Shown here piece by piece: positions 11,030-21,836 of a DNA stretch of 64,000 nt (positions are counted from its first letter, which is position 1; each line of letters starts with the position of its first letter). The notes beneath the pieces are model-generated. The model was not told the DNA's origin. It saw only the letters and a list, made by a program, of their open reading frames with translations, and did not search any database. Location: assembly GCA_963835795.1 (NCBI GenBank), contig CAWIHJ010000050.1, positions 12,849 to 76,848 of the forward strand, given 5' to 3'. A program made the position numbers and the translations under genes. This DNA comes from an uncultured Gammaproteobacteria bacterium. GTDB lineage: Bacteria > Pseudomonadota > Gammaproteobacteria > GCA-001735895.

Positions 11030-11446
11030 GTGTTTCAGTCCCGCGACGAAGTGCGCCAGGTTTACCTGACGGTGTGGCGCAAAATACGGCAACAACAGCT
11101 ACTCGAGCCGATGGAAGCCCTGATCGCGGAGGTCATCGAGATGCACCCCGAATACCACGCGCTGCTCGATGATAGCGACATCGCCACGCGCGGCGATTTC
11201 AGTCCCGAGCAGGGTCGGACCAATCCCTTTCTGCACATGGGCATGCATATCGCACTGCGTGAACAGGCTGTCGGCGACCGTCCTGCCGGAGTACAGTCGC
11301 TTTACCAGAAACTCTGCGCCAGCAAGGGCCAGCACGATGCCGAACACGCGATGATGGAATGTCTTGGAGAGGCGCTCTGGAGCGCCCAGCGTAACGCGCA
11401 AGAACCCGATCAGGCAAACTACCTCGACTGCCTGAAAAAGTTGTAA
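11030..11446 (+). CDS. conserved hypothetical protein (DUF1841-like, from recollection only)
   Basis: The GTG at 11030 lies 1 nt after the nth stop and gives VFQSRDEVRQVYLTVWRKIRQ...NPFLHMGMHIALREQ. The N-terminal part of track ORF 10946..11446 overlaps nth and is not needed. Confidence 0.55.
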   Translation: MFQSRDEVRQVYLTVWRKIRQQQLLEPMEALIAEVIEMHPEYHALLDDSDIATRGDFSPEQGRTNPFLHMGMHIALREQAVGDRPAGVQSLYQKLCASKGQHDAEHAMMECLGEALWSAQRNAQEPDQANYLDCLKKL

Positions 11447-11522
11447 TTTACCTGGTTCTGATTCGCCTATAAGCTAGACGCCTTGGCGTCCACCGAGCAG
11501 CCTTACCGCACAGGATTCAAGC

Positions 11523-13132
11523 ATGGCCACAAATACCGAGACTGAACTGAACGTGGGTGAGGCCTGCATCAAGCTGCTCGAAGCCTATGGCGTGGATACC
11601 GTGTTCGGCATTCCGGGCGTACACACGCTGGAATTCTGCAGGGGGCTGAATAACAGCCCGATTCGGCACGTGCAGGCGCGCAACGAGCAAGGCGCCGGAT
11701 TCATGGCGGACGGCTACGCGCGCGCTTGCTCTAAGCCCGGCGTCGCCTTATTGATATCCGGTCCCGGTGTCACCAACGCCATGACCGCGATGGGACAGGC
11801 TTACGCAGACAGCATTCCGATGCTGGTACTGTCCGCCGATACGGTCAGCCACACCCTGGGCAAGGGCCTGGGCTGCCTGCACGAAGTGCAAAGCCTGACC
11901 AATACAACCGCCTCACTGACGACATTCTCCGCCACCGCGATGACGCCGGAAGAAGTGCCGGGCCTGTTCGCGCGGGCATTTTCGGTATTTTGCAGCGAAC
12001 GCCCACGCCCGGTACACATCGCCATTCCGATCGACCTGCTGGAGCTTCCGGCAAGCGGCGACTGGAATGCGATCGAGTTGCCACGACGCGTCCCACCGAC
12101 CGCCAAAAAAGTCGAACTCGCCTGCGCGTTGCTGCGCGGCGCAAAGCAGCCGATGATTTGCGTCGGCGGCGGCGCGACCCTGGCCGGCGCGGCCATTACC
12201 GAAATCGCAGAAAAACTCGGCGCCGCCGTAATCAGCAGTATCAACGGCAAGGGCATAGTCCCCGGCACGCATCCGCTTTCACTGGGTGGTGGCGTGGTGC
12301 GCGTCGAGGGGCAGGAATACCTGCAAAGGCGGATGTCGTGCTCGCGGTTGGCACCGAGCTTTCCGAGGTCGACAGCTTTGAAAAGACGCTCGAGATCAAT
12401 GGCAAAATCATCCGCGTCGATATCGACACCCGTAAAATGAACGATCTCTACCCGGCCGAAGTCGCCCTGCTCGGTGGTGCGAAGGCGAGTTGCGAGGCGA
12501 TCGCCAGGGAGCTTGGCGAGGTCAGCGCGCGCGCCGAGACCGCCGACGAAGTAGCGGCGATCAAGCGCGCGATGCGCGGCCGCCTCGGCGCCAGCGAAGC
12601 CCGTCATTGCAAGATGCTTGACCTGTTGCGCGAAACCCTTCCCGCCGAGACCATAGTCATGGGTGACGTCTGCCAACTGGTGTATACCGGCGCCTTCATA
12701 TTCGACGTGGCGGCGCCGCGACTATGGAATTACCCGGGTGGTTACTGCACGCTCGGCAGCGGCCTGCCCGACGCGATCGGCGCCAGGCTGGCGCGCCCCG
12801 ATACGCCGGTGATTACCCTGGCCGGCGATGGCGGCTTCATGTTTACCGCGCAGGAGCTGGTCACCGGCGCCGAGCTCGGCCTGGCGATTCCCATCCTCCT
12901 GTGGAATAACGAGGGCTTGAAACAAATCCAGGACGACATGATTGCGCGCGGTATCGGTCTGGTCGGCGTCACCGGCATCAATCCCGATTTCATCGCCCTG
13001 GCGCAGGCCTGCCATTGCCACGCCGTCAGGGCCGAAACCGCGCAAAAACTGCGCGGCGCGATTGCCGAAGCCTTCAGCACGGACCGTCCAACCCTGATTG
13101 AAGTCAGGGAGCAGGATGCATGGCTGAACTGA
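11523..13132 (+). pseudogene. thiamine-pyrophosphate-dependent enzyme (acetolactate synthase large subunit-like / 2-oxoacid decarboxylase family) with one apparent frameshift near 12324-12329
   Basis: The N-terminal half is track ORF 11523..12440 (GVDTVFGIPGVHTLEF, ISGPGVTNA). The C-terminal half is ORF 11990..13132 (KADVVLAVGTEL, TPP motif LAGDGGFMFTAQEL...WNN). Restoring caaagg to caaaagg joins the two frames. Confidence 0.75.
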
Positions 13133-13179
13133 CACCCGTATGTTGACCATCACAGCCAGAATTACCGGTCCACAATGGT

Positions 13180-14990
13180 ATGGCTGAAATTCCCGACACG
13201 GGCCCGCACGACACAGCGGCCAGCGCAGCACCGCAGCCTGCTTCGCACAACATTAAGGTCGGCCGCGGCAAACGCTGCGCCACCTCACCGCGATATCGCT
13301 GGCGGGATTGATCGTAGGCTCGATCGCCGCCTTTGCAACCGCGGGCTTCGTCGAACTGGTGCAGTACCTCAACGATCTTCTATTTGTATCGCCCTCGAGT
13401 CGCGCCAGTCTGGCCACCGGTGAGCTTGCGTTGACTACCATCGCGGTGCTCACCATCGGGGGCCTGGCCGTCGGTCTGATTCTGAATTATGGCGTTTCGC
13501 AAAAATCACCGCTCGGCCCCGCCGACAGCATCTTCGCGGTGCAACTGCACGAGCGCCTGCCTGCGCCGCTATCCGGCCTGTCATCGACCCTGGCCGCGTT
13601 GCTGTCGCTGGGATGTGGCGCATCAGTCGGGCAATATGGTCCGCTGGTGTATCTCGGCACGCTGGTCGGCCAGCTCAGCAACCGCCTGCCGCTGGGCCTG
13701 CGCGACATCCGCAACATCACCATTGCCTGCGGTGTCGCCGCGGCCATTTCGACGGCATTCAATGCGCCGCTGGCGGCGTTGATATTCACCCACGAAGTGA
13801 TTCTGCGGCACTACTCGCTGCGCATGTTCACCGCGGTAACCGTCGCCAGCGCCTGCGGCTATATTGTCGCCAACGTCATTTTCGAGCAGCCAGCCCTGTT
13901 CCTGGTCGATACCGACAGTCGCTTCCGCGCCGTCGAATTCCTGTTGTTCGCGATCGAGGGCATCGCCTGTGGGGCACTCGCGGTGGTGTATATGAAGTCG
14001 CTGCAATTCAGCGCCGTGCTGTCGCAGCGGGTCAGGATACCGGCCGTGATGAAACCCATGCTGGCGGGCTTTTTGGTTGCGCTGGTGGCGATACAGATAC
14101 CCGAAGTGCTCGGCGCAGGCCAACATGTGCTGCGCGAAACCATTCCGGGCAGCAACTTTGGCGTCGCCGCGCTACTGCTGATCCTGGTCGGTAAACTGCT
14201 GGTTACCGCGACCTGCATCGGTTTCGGATTCGGTGGCGGCGTCATTTCGCCGACCCTGCTGATCGGCGCACTATTCGGCGCGCTGTTCGCATTGCTGGTG
14301 CCCGAGACCTTGTTCGACAGCTATTCCGGCATATCCGACTACGCCATCTGCGGCATGGTGGCGGTGATGAGCCCCGTCATCGGTGCACCGATGACCGCGT
14401 TGTTGCTGGTTTTCGAACTGACGCGCAACTACGAGGTCACCATCGCGGCGATGGTGGCGGTGGTGTTTGCCAACCTGTTCGCGTCGATCTGGTACGGCCG
14501 TTCGCTTTACGACCAGCAGCTCGTCATAAGCGCGGCATCGATCTGTCGCGGGGTCGCGAACACGCCTATCTGCAGCATCACAAGGTCGGCGAACACCTGA
14601 CCGACTACCTGCCCGTGGTATCGCAGCCAGCCAGCCTGGCCGGGGCCCAGAGACGGATGTCGGCGCAGCAGATGACCTCGGCCGTCGTCGTCGATGATCA
14701 ACGGCGTTACCTTGGCATTCTGTCGCGGCAACAGATGAAGGGGCTGGAGGAAGAGTCGAGCTGCGGAATCGAGTTGCAATCGCCGCTATTTGATGAGAAC
14801 ACCAGCATCTGGGAGGCGATGCAGGTCATGCGCGCCTATATGGGCGAAGCCATCGCCGTGGTCGATCACGAATAGCGGTCGCTACCTGGGCGCAATCCCG
14901 AAATCGGTGGTGATCAACGCCTACCTCGATGCAGCGAGAATCTACGCCGCGAAGAACACGAGATTTAAACCATGGATTTCTATCAACTGA
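13180..14990 (+). pseudogene. ClC-family chloride channel/antiporter with C-terminal CBS region, interrupted by at least three apparent frameshifts; the 3' end is uncertain
   Basis: ATG 13180 (MAEIPDTGPH...) shifts near 13262-13270 into the main frame, which contains RQTLRHLTAISLAGLIVGSIAAF, GCGASVGQYGPLVYLG and GVISPTLLIGA (track ORF 13308..14600). A second shift near 14528-14530 leads into RGIDLSRGREHAYL...VVVDDQRRYLGILS (ORF 14615..14875). A third shift near 14866-14875 leads into SGRYLGAIPKSVVINAYL (ORF 14790..14990). Confidence 0.7.
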
Positions 14991-15800
14991 TTATCAACCA
15001 GGCGGCCAACGCGCTCGACGAAGACGTTGGCAGCGGCGACATCAGCGCTGAATTGATCGATGCCGATGCCCGGCTAGAAACCGAATTGCTGGTACGCGAA
15101 GACGCGGTTTTGTGCGGCTGCCCGTGGTTCGACGAAGTGTTTCGCCAGTGCGACGAGCGCATCGAAATTCGCTGGCTGGCGCGCGACGGCGATGCAATTG
15201 CCGCCAACAGCGTAGTCTGCGAAGTCAGCGGCCCCGCGCGCGGATTGCTGAGCGCCGAACGCAGCGCGATCAACTTTCTGCAAACCCTGTCCGGCACCGC
15301 CACGCTGACCCGCAGCTACGCGCGAGCAGATCGTTGACACCGACTGCCACATACTCGACACCCGCAAGACCATTCCGCAATTGCGCGTGGCGCAAAAGTA
15401 CGCCGTTGTCTGCGGTGGCGGCCGCAATCATCGCATCGGCTTGTTTGACGCTTACCTGATCAAGGAGAACCATCTCGCCGCGGGGGGCGGCATAGCCCAG
15501 ACCGTCGCGCGAGCCAGGCAACTGCACCCCGACAAGTTCCTTGAAGTGGAAGTCGAAGATCTGCAGCAACTGCAACAGGCTATCGATGCCGGGGTTGACC
15601 GCGCACTCCTCGATAATTTCAGCACCGTCGATATGCGCCAGGCAGTCGAACTCACCCAGCGGCGAATCGAGCTCGAGGCATCCGGCAACATCGATCACCA
15701 GCGACTGGTTGAAATCGCCGCGACCGGGGTGGATTTCATTTCCATCGGCGCCTTGACCAAAAACCTGCGCGCCATCGATTTTTCACTGCGTTACCGCTAG
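14972..15800 (+). pseudogene. nadC: nicotinate-nucleotide diphosphorylase (quinolinate phosphoribosyltransferase) with one apparent frameshift near 15319-15325
   Basis: Track ORFs 14972..15337 (ALDEDVGSGDISAELI...AERSAINFLQTLSGTAT) and 15381..15800 (KYAVVCGGGRNHRIGLFDAYLIKENH...ASGNI...ISIGALT) are bridged in a third reading by EQIVDTDCHILDTRKTIPQLRVAQ. Confidence 0.85.
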
Positions 15801-16066
15801 CCAGAATACTGCACCGGTCGGTCCTCGGAACAAATTCAGACCTGGTAACTATATGTAAAACCTATAGTTTTGGTTGAATAAATCGATTTTCAGCCCATAT
15901 TCGTTTGCACTACAATTCAGCCTTGTTGCAAGTCCGCATCAAGCCACGCGCGCAGCATTAATGTTAGAGCCATTCACAACTATCTGCTATTATCCTTTAT
16001 TAACAAATAGATAGCGCAAAAACTTAAACATCATCAAAGGAGTTCAGGATTAACGGCAGCATCATA

Positions 16067-17769
16067 TTGGTCAACCTGATAGGAGGCGTGGCTCTCCTGT
16101 TATGGGGCCTGCGCATGGTGCGCATTGGCATTTCCGAAGGTTGGGGTAGCGAAATTCGCGGCGCACTCGGCGCCAGCCTTAACAATCGCTTCAAGGCGCT
16201 GTTGTCCGGCCTCGGCATTACCATGCTGCTGCAAAGCAGCAGTGCAACCGCCTTGCTGACGTCATCTTTTAGCGGCCAGGGCATTCTCACCACCGCAACC
16301 GCGCTCGCCATAATGCTCGGCGCCGATGTCGGCACCACGCTGGTCGCGCAAATCCTGACCTTCGACTTTTCCGCATTGTCACCGATGTTGATCGCCGTCG
16401 GCGTGGCGTTGTTCACTTACTCCGCAGGGCGGGCGCACGCGCGATGTCGGCCGCTTGCTGCTCGGGTCTCGGCATGATGTTGCTGGCGTTAAAGCTGATC
16501 GTCGCGGCATCGCTGCCGATGCGCGAATCGCTGATCATCCAGCAAATCTTCGTCGCCCTGGGCGAAGATCTGGTGCTGGCGGTCATTTTCGGCGCCATCA
16601 TCGCCTGGGCTTCGCACTCCAGCCTGGCCACGGTGTTGTTGATCATTACCCTGGCGAGCACCAATGCCGTCGACACCACCGTTGCCTTTACTTTCGTGCT
16701 TGGCGCCAATATCGGCGGCGCGATCCCGCCAATGATCGCTACGCTGGGCGCCAATCGCGCGGCGCGCCAGCCACCGCTAGGCAACCTGATGTTTCGCATC
16801 ATCGGCGTCGTGGTAACGCTACCGTTCATCTCGGTTATCGCGGCCCAGATGTCCCAGCTCGACAGTCGACAGTGCGCGCCAGATCGCCAATTTTCACATG
16901 TTGTTCAACCTCGCCCTGATGATCGTGTTTTTTCCACTCATCGATCAAATGGTGAGACTCACCGAAGACATGCTGCCCGAAGACGATACCAGCAGCGACC
17001 TGATGGTGCCGCGCGACCTGGATCGCAGCGCCTTCGAAACACCGCTGGTGGCCCTGTTAAATGCCGAGCGCGAAGTGTTGCGCATGGGTGAAGTGCTGGA
17101 GCGCATGCTGCGCAACACCTTTATCGCCCTCAAGAAAAACGACGTTGAACTGGCCTGGCAAGCGCGCGCGATGGACGAGGTCGTCAACGCTTTTTACGAC
17201 AATGTAAAACGCTACCTGACCGCCTGGCGCGCGAAACGCTGGGCGCCAAAGGATAGCCGAGCGCTGCAACGAAATTCTCGCTACGCCACCAACCTGGAAC
17301 ACATCGGTGACATTATTTCGGACGATTTGATTCAAAATATCGTGCAAAAGAAACTGTCACGGCACGCAGCAAGATGTCGCTGCAGGATCGAGAGGACATC
17401 AACAGCTTGTACCAACCGGTGCTGGCCAGTTTTCAACTGTCCCTCAGCGTCTTTACTTCGGGCGACATCGCCATGGCGCGCAGCCTGTTGGCGCGCAAGT
17501 ACAAGTTCGCCAAGCGCGAAAAGAAAGCGGTGTTGAACCACTTGCAGAAAATTCGCGAAGACGCCGACTACGATTCTGACCTCAGCGCCATGCAACTCGA
17601 CGTATTGCGCGATCTCAAGCGCATCAGTTCGCACCTGGCATCGGTGGCCTATCCCATCATGGAAGCAGCGGGGCAATTGCGCAGCCCCCTGCGCCGCAGC
17701 AAGAAGGACGATTCGGATACCACGCTGTCGCCACGTATCGACGACACGTCCAAGCCGTCGACAACCTGA
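16067..17769 (+). pseudogene. Na+/phosphate cotransporter family protein with a PhoU-like C-terminal domain, broken by five or more apparent frameshifts
   Basis: The product is spread over track ORFs 16067..16477 (LLWGLRMVRIGISEGWG...LLQSSSAT), 16444..17091 (GLGMMLLALKLI...ASHSSLATVLL...VLGANIGG), 16898..17536 (ANFHMLFNLALMIVFFPL...YATNLEHIGDII) and 17374..17769. It includes a 7-bp tandem duplication at 16861-16874 and apparently compensating shifts around 17215-17290. The start codon is uncertain (TTG 16067). Confidence 0.72.
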
Positions 17770-17788
17770 ATACCGCCACTACCCAGGC

Positions 17789-18181
17789 CTGATCGAACTG
17801 CGTGGCACCCTGGCGGAGGAATTAACGTATTTTTGCGAAATAGATCGGGACAGCGACACCCGCGATCACATCACGCTGTACAGTCTGGAAGAACATCAAC
17901 GTGAGTTCGAGCGCATCGATATCGTCTACCTGTCGATCTACGCGGATTCCCAGCTCGCCGGCTATTTCATCCTCGCGCTGGATTCCGATCTGCAAAGCGT
18001 AGAATTCCGCCGGATAGTCGTTGTGCCAAAGGGTGCTGGAATCGGGCAGGCGGCGATCGCGGCGATGGAAGCCTATTGTGTCGAAGCCCTGCAACGACAA
18101 CGTATCTGGCTCGACGTGTTCGCTAGCAATCCGCGCAAATTGTTTTACCTGCAAAAAAACATCGATGACAACCAGCAGTGA
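17789..18181 (+). CDS. GNAT-family N-acetyltransferase (both ends uncertain)
   Basis: The plus-frame reading ...LIELRGTLAEELTYFCEIDRDS...AGYFILALDS...EFRRIVVVPKGAGIGQAAIAAMEAYCVEALQRQRIWLDVFASNPR contains acetyl-CoA motif A (xxGxG). There is no ATG/GTG/TTG upstream in frame, so it is not in the track. A CTG lies at 17789/17798. The C-terminus may also be frame-damaged. Confidence 0.5.
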   Translation: MIELRGTLAEELTYFCEIDRDSDTRDHITLYSLEEHQREFERIDIVYLSIYADSQLAGYFILALDSDLQSVEFRRIVVVPKGAGIGQAAIAAMEAYCVEALQRQRIWLDVFASNPRKLFYLQKNIDDNQQ

Positions 18182-18198
18182 GGGCGGTTACCGTCGAA

Positions 18199-18858
<660 letters not shown>

Positions 18859-19854
18859 TCACTCGCTCGTGAGCGCGCTCGCCCGCTCACTTAAACGCAG
18901 TTGATCGATTAGCCTGAGCAGGCCGAGCATCGACATCTCCCCGGCGCTGACCTGTTCGATGTAACCCAGGGTACGCGGGATGTCCTGCAGGTAACCGCTC
19001 TTGCCATCGCGAATCTTGAGGCGCGAAAAAATGCCCACGGCCTTGAGGTGGCGCTGAATTCCCATCAGGTTGAACCAGCGTAAAAATTGCGGCGCTTCGA
19101 CATCGGTCAGGCCCTTGTCGCTCGCCGCCTGGAAATACTCGAGGGCGAGTTGTTCGACGCGCTGTGGCGGCCAGGCGATGTAACAGTCGCGCAACAGTGA
19201 CACCAGGTCATAGGTGAGCGGCCCGTACACGGCATCCTGGAAATCGAGGATGCCGGGATTATGGCGCTCGAGCAGCATCAGGTTGCGCGAATGATAATCA
19301 CGATGCACGAAGACCCGCGGTTGGGCCAGCGCGTTGTCGACCAGCAATTGTCGGGTCTGTTGCCACACCGACTGTTGCGCGGCGTCGAGTTCGATGCCGA
19401 GGAGTTCGCCCAGAAACCAGTCGTGAAAAAGATCCATCTCGCGCGTCAACAAGGCTTCGTCGTACTCCGGCAACCCGGCTGTGTCGGCTTTTGACTGCAT
19501 GGTCAACAGGGCAGCGAGCGCGTCGGCGTAGAGCGAGGCTTCGCTGTGCGCATCCAGCCTGGATAAATAGTCGTCTGCGCCAAAATCGCTCAACAGCAAG
19601 AATCCATCGTCGAGATTACTGGCCATGATTTCCGGCGCGTTCAAACCGACGGCACGCAGCCGGTTGGCGACATCGATAAAGCGGTCGCAGGGCTCCTGCT
19701 CGGGGGGCGCATCCATGACAATCAGCGATTGACCCTCGCTCTGCAGCCGCAGGTAAGAACGGAAACTGGCATCCTCGCTGGCGGGTTCCAGGCGATAATC
19801 TCGATAGCCGGATTGTTCAAGCCATTGGTTTAAGCGTACTGATCGATCACTCAT
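18859..19854 (-). CDS. amgK: aminoglycoside-phosphotransferase-fold kinase, AmgK-like (anomeric MurNAc/GlcNAc kinase)
   Basis: It has the kinase motifs VHRDYHSRNLML and ILDFQDAV. It is paired with murU 18 nt downstream. Confidence 0.72.
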   Translation of the reverse strand: MSDRSVRLNQWLEQSGYRDYRLEPASEDASFRSYLRLQSEGQSLIVMDAPPEQEPCDRFIDVANRLRAVGLNAPEIMASNLDDGFLLLSDFGADDYLSRLDAHSEASLYADALAALLTMQSKADTAGLPEYDEALLTREMDLFHDWFLGELLGIELDAAQQSVWQQTRQLLVDNALAQPRVFVHRDYHSRNLMLLERHNPGILDFQDAVYGPLTYDLVSLLRDCYIAWPPQRVEQLALEYFQAASDKGLTDVEAPQFLRWFNLMGIQRHLKAVGIFSRLKIRDGKSGYLQDIPRTLGYIEQVSAGEMSMLGLLRLIDQLRLSERASALTSE

Positions 19855-19929
19855 TGGATGCTATCTGCTGCGATTCTGGTAAAAGGCCGGTATTATCCAG
19901 TTTTTATTCAGTGAAACGCAATAGAACCG

Positions 19930-20736
19930 ATGAGCGCAATCGATAACCTGCTGCAGGTCATGGTAGACCTGCGAGACCCCGACGCCGGCTGTCCCTGGGA
20001 TAAACGCCAGACCAGCCGGTCCATCGCCGGTCACACCCTCGACGAAACCCACGAGTTGATCGACGCCATCGAACGCGACGATACCGAAAACCTGAAAGAG
20101 GAACTCGGTGATCTGCTGTTCAACATCGTTTTCCATGCGCGCATCGCCGAAGAACAGGGACAGTTCGATTTCGACGATGTCGCGCAGGGTATCACTGATA
20201 AAATGCTGCGCCGCCACCCACATGTATTCGGCGCCGCGCGCGATCAGCAATGGAGCGATGAAATGCTCGCACAGCAGTGGCAGATCATCAAAAACCAGGA
20301 AAAGGATGAACGTGCCAGCAATGCTCATGTCGACCATGATTCCAGCGCCAATTCAGCCATTTACCAGGCGAAACAGATTCAGAAACAGGCGGCCGAGTCG
20401 GGATTCGACTGGCCCGACATCACCCCGGTGTTCGACAAGCTGGAAGAAGAACTGGCCGAGGTAAAGGAAGCCTTCGCTGCAGGCGACAAGCGCGCAATCG
20501 CCGACGAAATCGGTGACTTGCTGTTTGTCTGTGTCAACCTGGCGCGCCATGCCCGGGTCAATGCGGAAATGTCGCTGCGCAGTACCAACCGTAAATTCCA
20601 ACGCCGCTTTGTCTACGTGCAACAGCAAATGGATGCCGCCGGCATCGCCATGGAGCAAAGCCAGCTCGAACAGATGGAGCGCTTCTGGCAGGAAGCCAAG
20701 ACTCAGGTCGACGGGCCCCGGGCCGATGACTCGTAG
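19930..20736 (+). CDS. mazG: nucleoside triphosphate pyrophosphohydrolase MazG
   Basis: CPWDKRQTSRSIAGHTLDETHELIDAIE...EELGDLLFNIVFH is followed by a second MazG repeat, LEEELAEVKEA...EIGDLLFVCVNLAR. Confidence 0.9.
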   Translation: MSAIDNLLQVMVDLRDPDAGCPWDKRQTSRSIAGHTLDETHELIDAIERDDTENLKEELGDLLFNIVFHARIAEEQGQFDFDDVAQGITDKMLRRHPHVFGAARDQQWSDEMLAQQWQIIKNQEKDERASNAHVDHDSSANSAIYQAKQIQKQAAESGFDWPDITPVFDKLEEELAEVKEAFAAGDKRAIADEIGDLLFVCVNLARHARVNAEMSLRSTNRKFQRRFVYVQQQMDAAGIAMEQSQLEQMERFWQEAKTQVDGPRADDS

Positions 20737-21313
20737 CCGTCTTAAAACCGAGCAACGCCTGCTCGAAGCGGTGGGCGCCATCTTGCTGGAGCAAGGCTAC
20801 CCGGCAGTCGGTATCAATGCCATCGCGCGCCGCGCGGGTTGCGACAAGGTTTTGATTTATCGATACTTCGGTGGTTTTGACGAACTGCTGCTGGCCTTTG
20901 CCGAAACCACGACGCTGTGGTGGGAGGTCGACGAAATCATCAGCGAAAGCGCCGCCGAATGTGCCAACATCACGCTTCCCGACTTTTTGCAGCGTTTGCT
21001 CAATCGCTACGTCGAAGCCCTCGAGGCGCGCCCTCTGACACTGGAAATCATGGCCTGGGAAATGTCCGTCCAAAACAACCTGACCCAGACCCTGGCACGC
21101 ACCCGCAGCGAACGCGGCATGGAGCTGGTGAAACGCATCCGCCTGTATTACCGGCAACCCAATATCGACATCGGCGGTATCCTCGGCGTGTTCGGTGCGT
21201 CGATCAACTACCTGGTGATTCGTACCCGCAAGCAGTCGCGGCAATACAAAACCGAGGAATGGTGGCGCTTGCAGCAAACCATTGGCAAATTGCTGCAGGC
21301 CTATGCCGACTGA
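20726..21313 (+). CDS. TetR-family transcriptional regulator
   Basis: The ATG at 20726 overlaps the mazG end by 11 nt. MTRSRLKTEQRLLEAVGAILLEQGYPAVGINAIARRAGCDKVLIYRYFGG is a TetR HTH. Confidence 0.8.
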   Translation: MTRSRLKTEQRLLEAVGAILLEQGYPAVGINAIARRAGCDKVLIYRYFGGFDELLLAFAETTTLWWEVDEIISESAAECANITLPDFLQRLLNRYVEALEARPLTLEIMAWEMSVQNNLTQTLARTRSERGMELVKRIRLYYRQPNIDIGGILGVFGASINYLVIRTRKQSRQYKTEEWWRLQQTIGKLLQAYAD

Positions 21314-21821
21314 GGCCGCGCTAGCATCACCAGCGGTTTTAAGGCTCGCCGACGCTGATCGGGTCGAGCTCGGCAAGCTACTGCAAACTTTTGACCTGGC
21401 GCTGGTTCACTGCGCCGATCATGCGCCGATTACCGGCAGTTACTGGGGCGACGATGAAGCCGGACTCCAGGGGAACCGTCTGTACGCGCGTGCCGATACC
21501 CCATTGCACTCGATCCTGCACGAAACCTGCCACTACATCTGTGCGGCACCCGCGCGACGCCGACATCTCGATACCAATGCCGGTAGCGACGATGCCGAGG
21601 AAAACGCCGTCTGTTACCTGCAAGTCCTGCTGGCTGATTACCTCGACTGCATGGGTCGCGCGCGCATGTTTGCCGACATGGATGCCTGGGGCTACAGTTT
21701 TCGTCTCGGTTCTAGCGCGCGCTGGTTCACCAGCGACGCCGACGACGCCCGGCAATGGTTGATCTCGCGACAACTGGTAGACGCTAACGACCAACCGCTG
21801 TGGTGCTTGCGCAGTGCTTGA
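21303..21821 (+). CDS. hypothetical protein with an HExxH motif (HETCH)
   Basis: The ATG at 21303 overlaps the TetR stop (atgccgactga). ...TPLHSILHETCHYICAAP... I recognise no family. Confidence 0.5.
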   Translation: MPTEAALASPAVLRLADADRVELGKLLQTFDLALVHCADHAPITGSYWGDDEAGLQGNRLYARADTPLHSILHETCHYICAAPARRRHLDTNAGSDDAEENAVCYLQVLLADYLDCMGRARMFADMDAWGYSFRLGSSARWFTSDADDARQWLISRQLVDANDQPLWCLRSA

Positions 21822-21836
21822 ACATCGCCTAGCCAG

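Noticed and set aside
15840-16020. Short palindromes (aactata-N9-tatagtt and ctatct-N22-agatag) lie upstream of the Na/Pi cotransporter gene and could be a Pho box.
   Set aside because: Neither resembles the CTGTCAT-type direct-repeat Pho box. They are short AT-rich palindromes expected by chance in an AT-rich intergenic region.
6650-17800. The frame changes might be programmed ribosomal frameshifting or recoding.
   Set aside because: There are too many of them, in unrelated genes, in both +1 and -1 senses. I saw no shared slippery heptamer or downstream structure. None of these gene families is known to use recoding.
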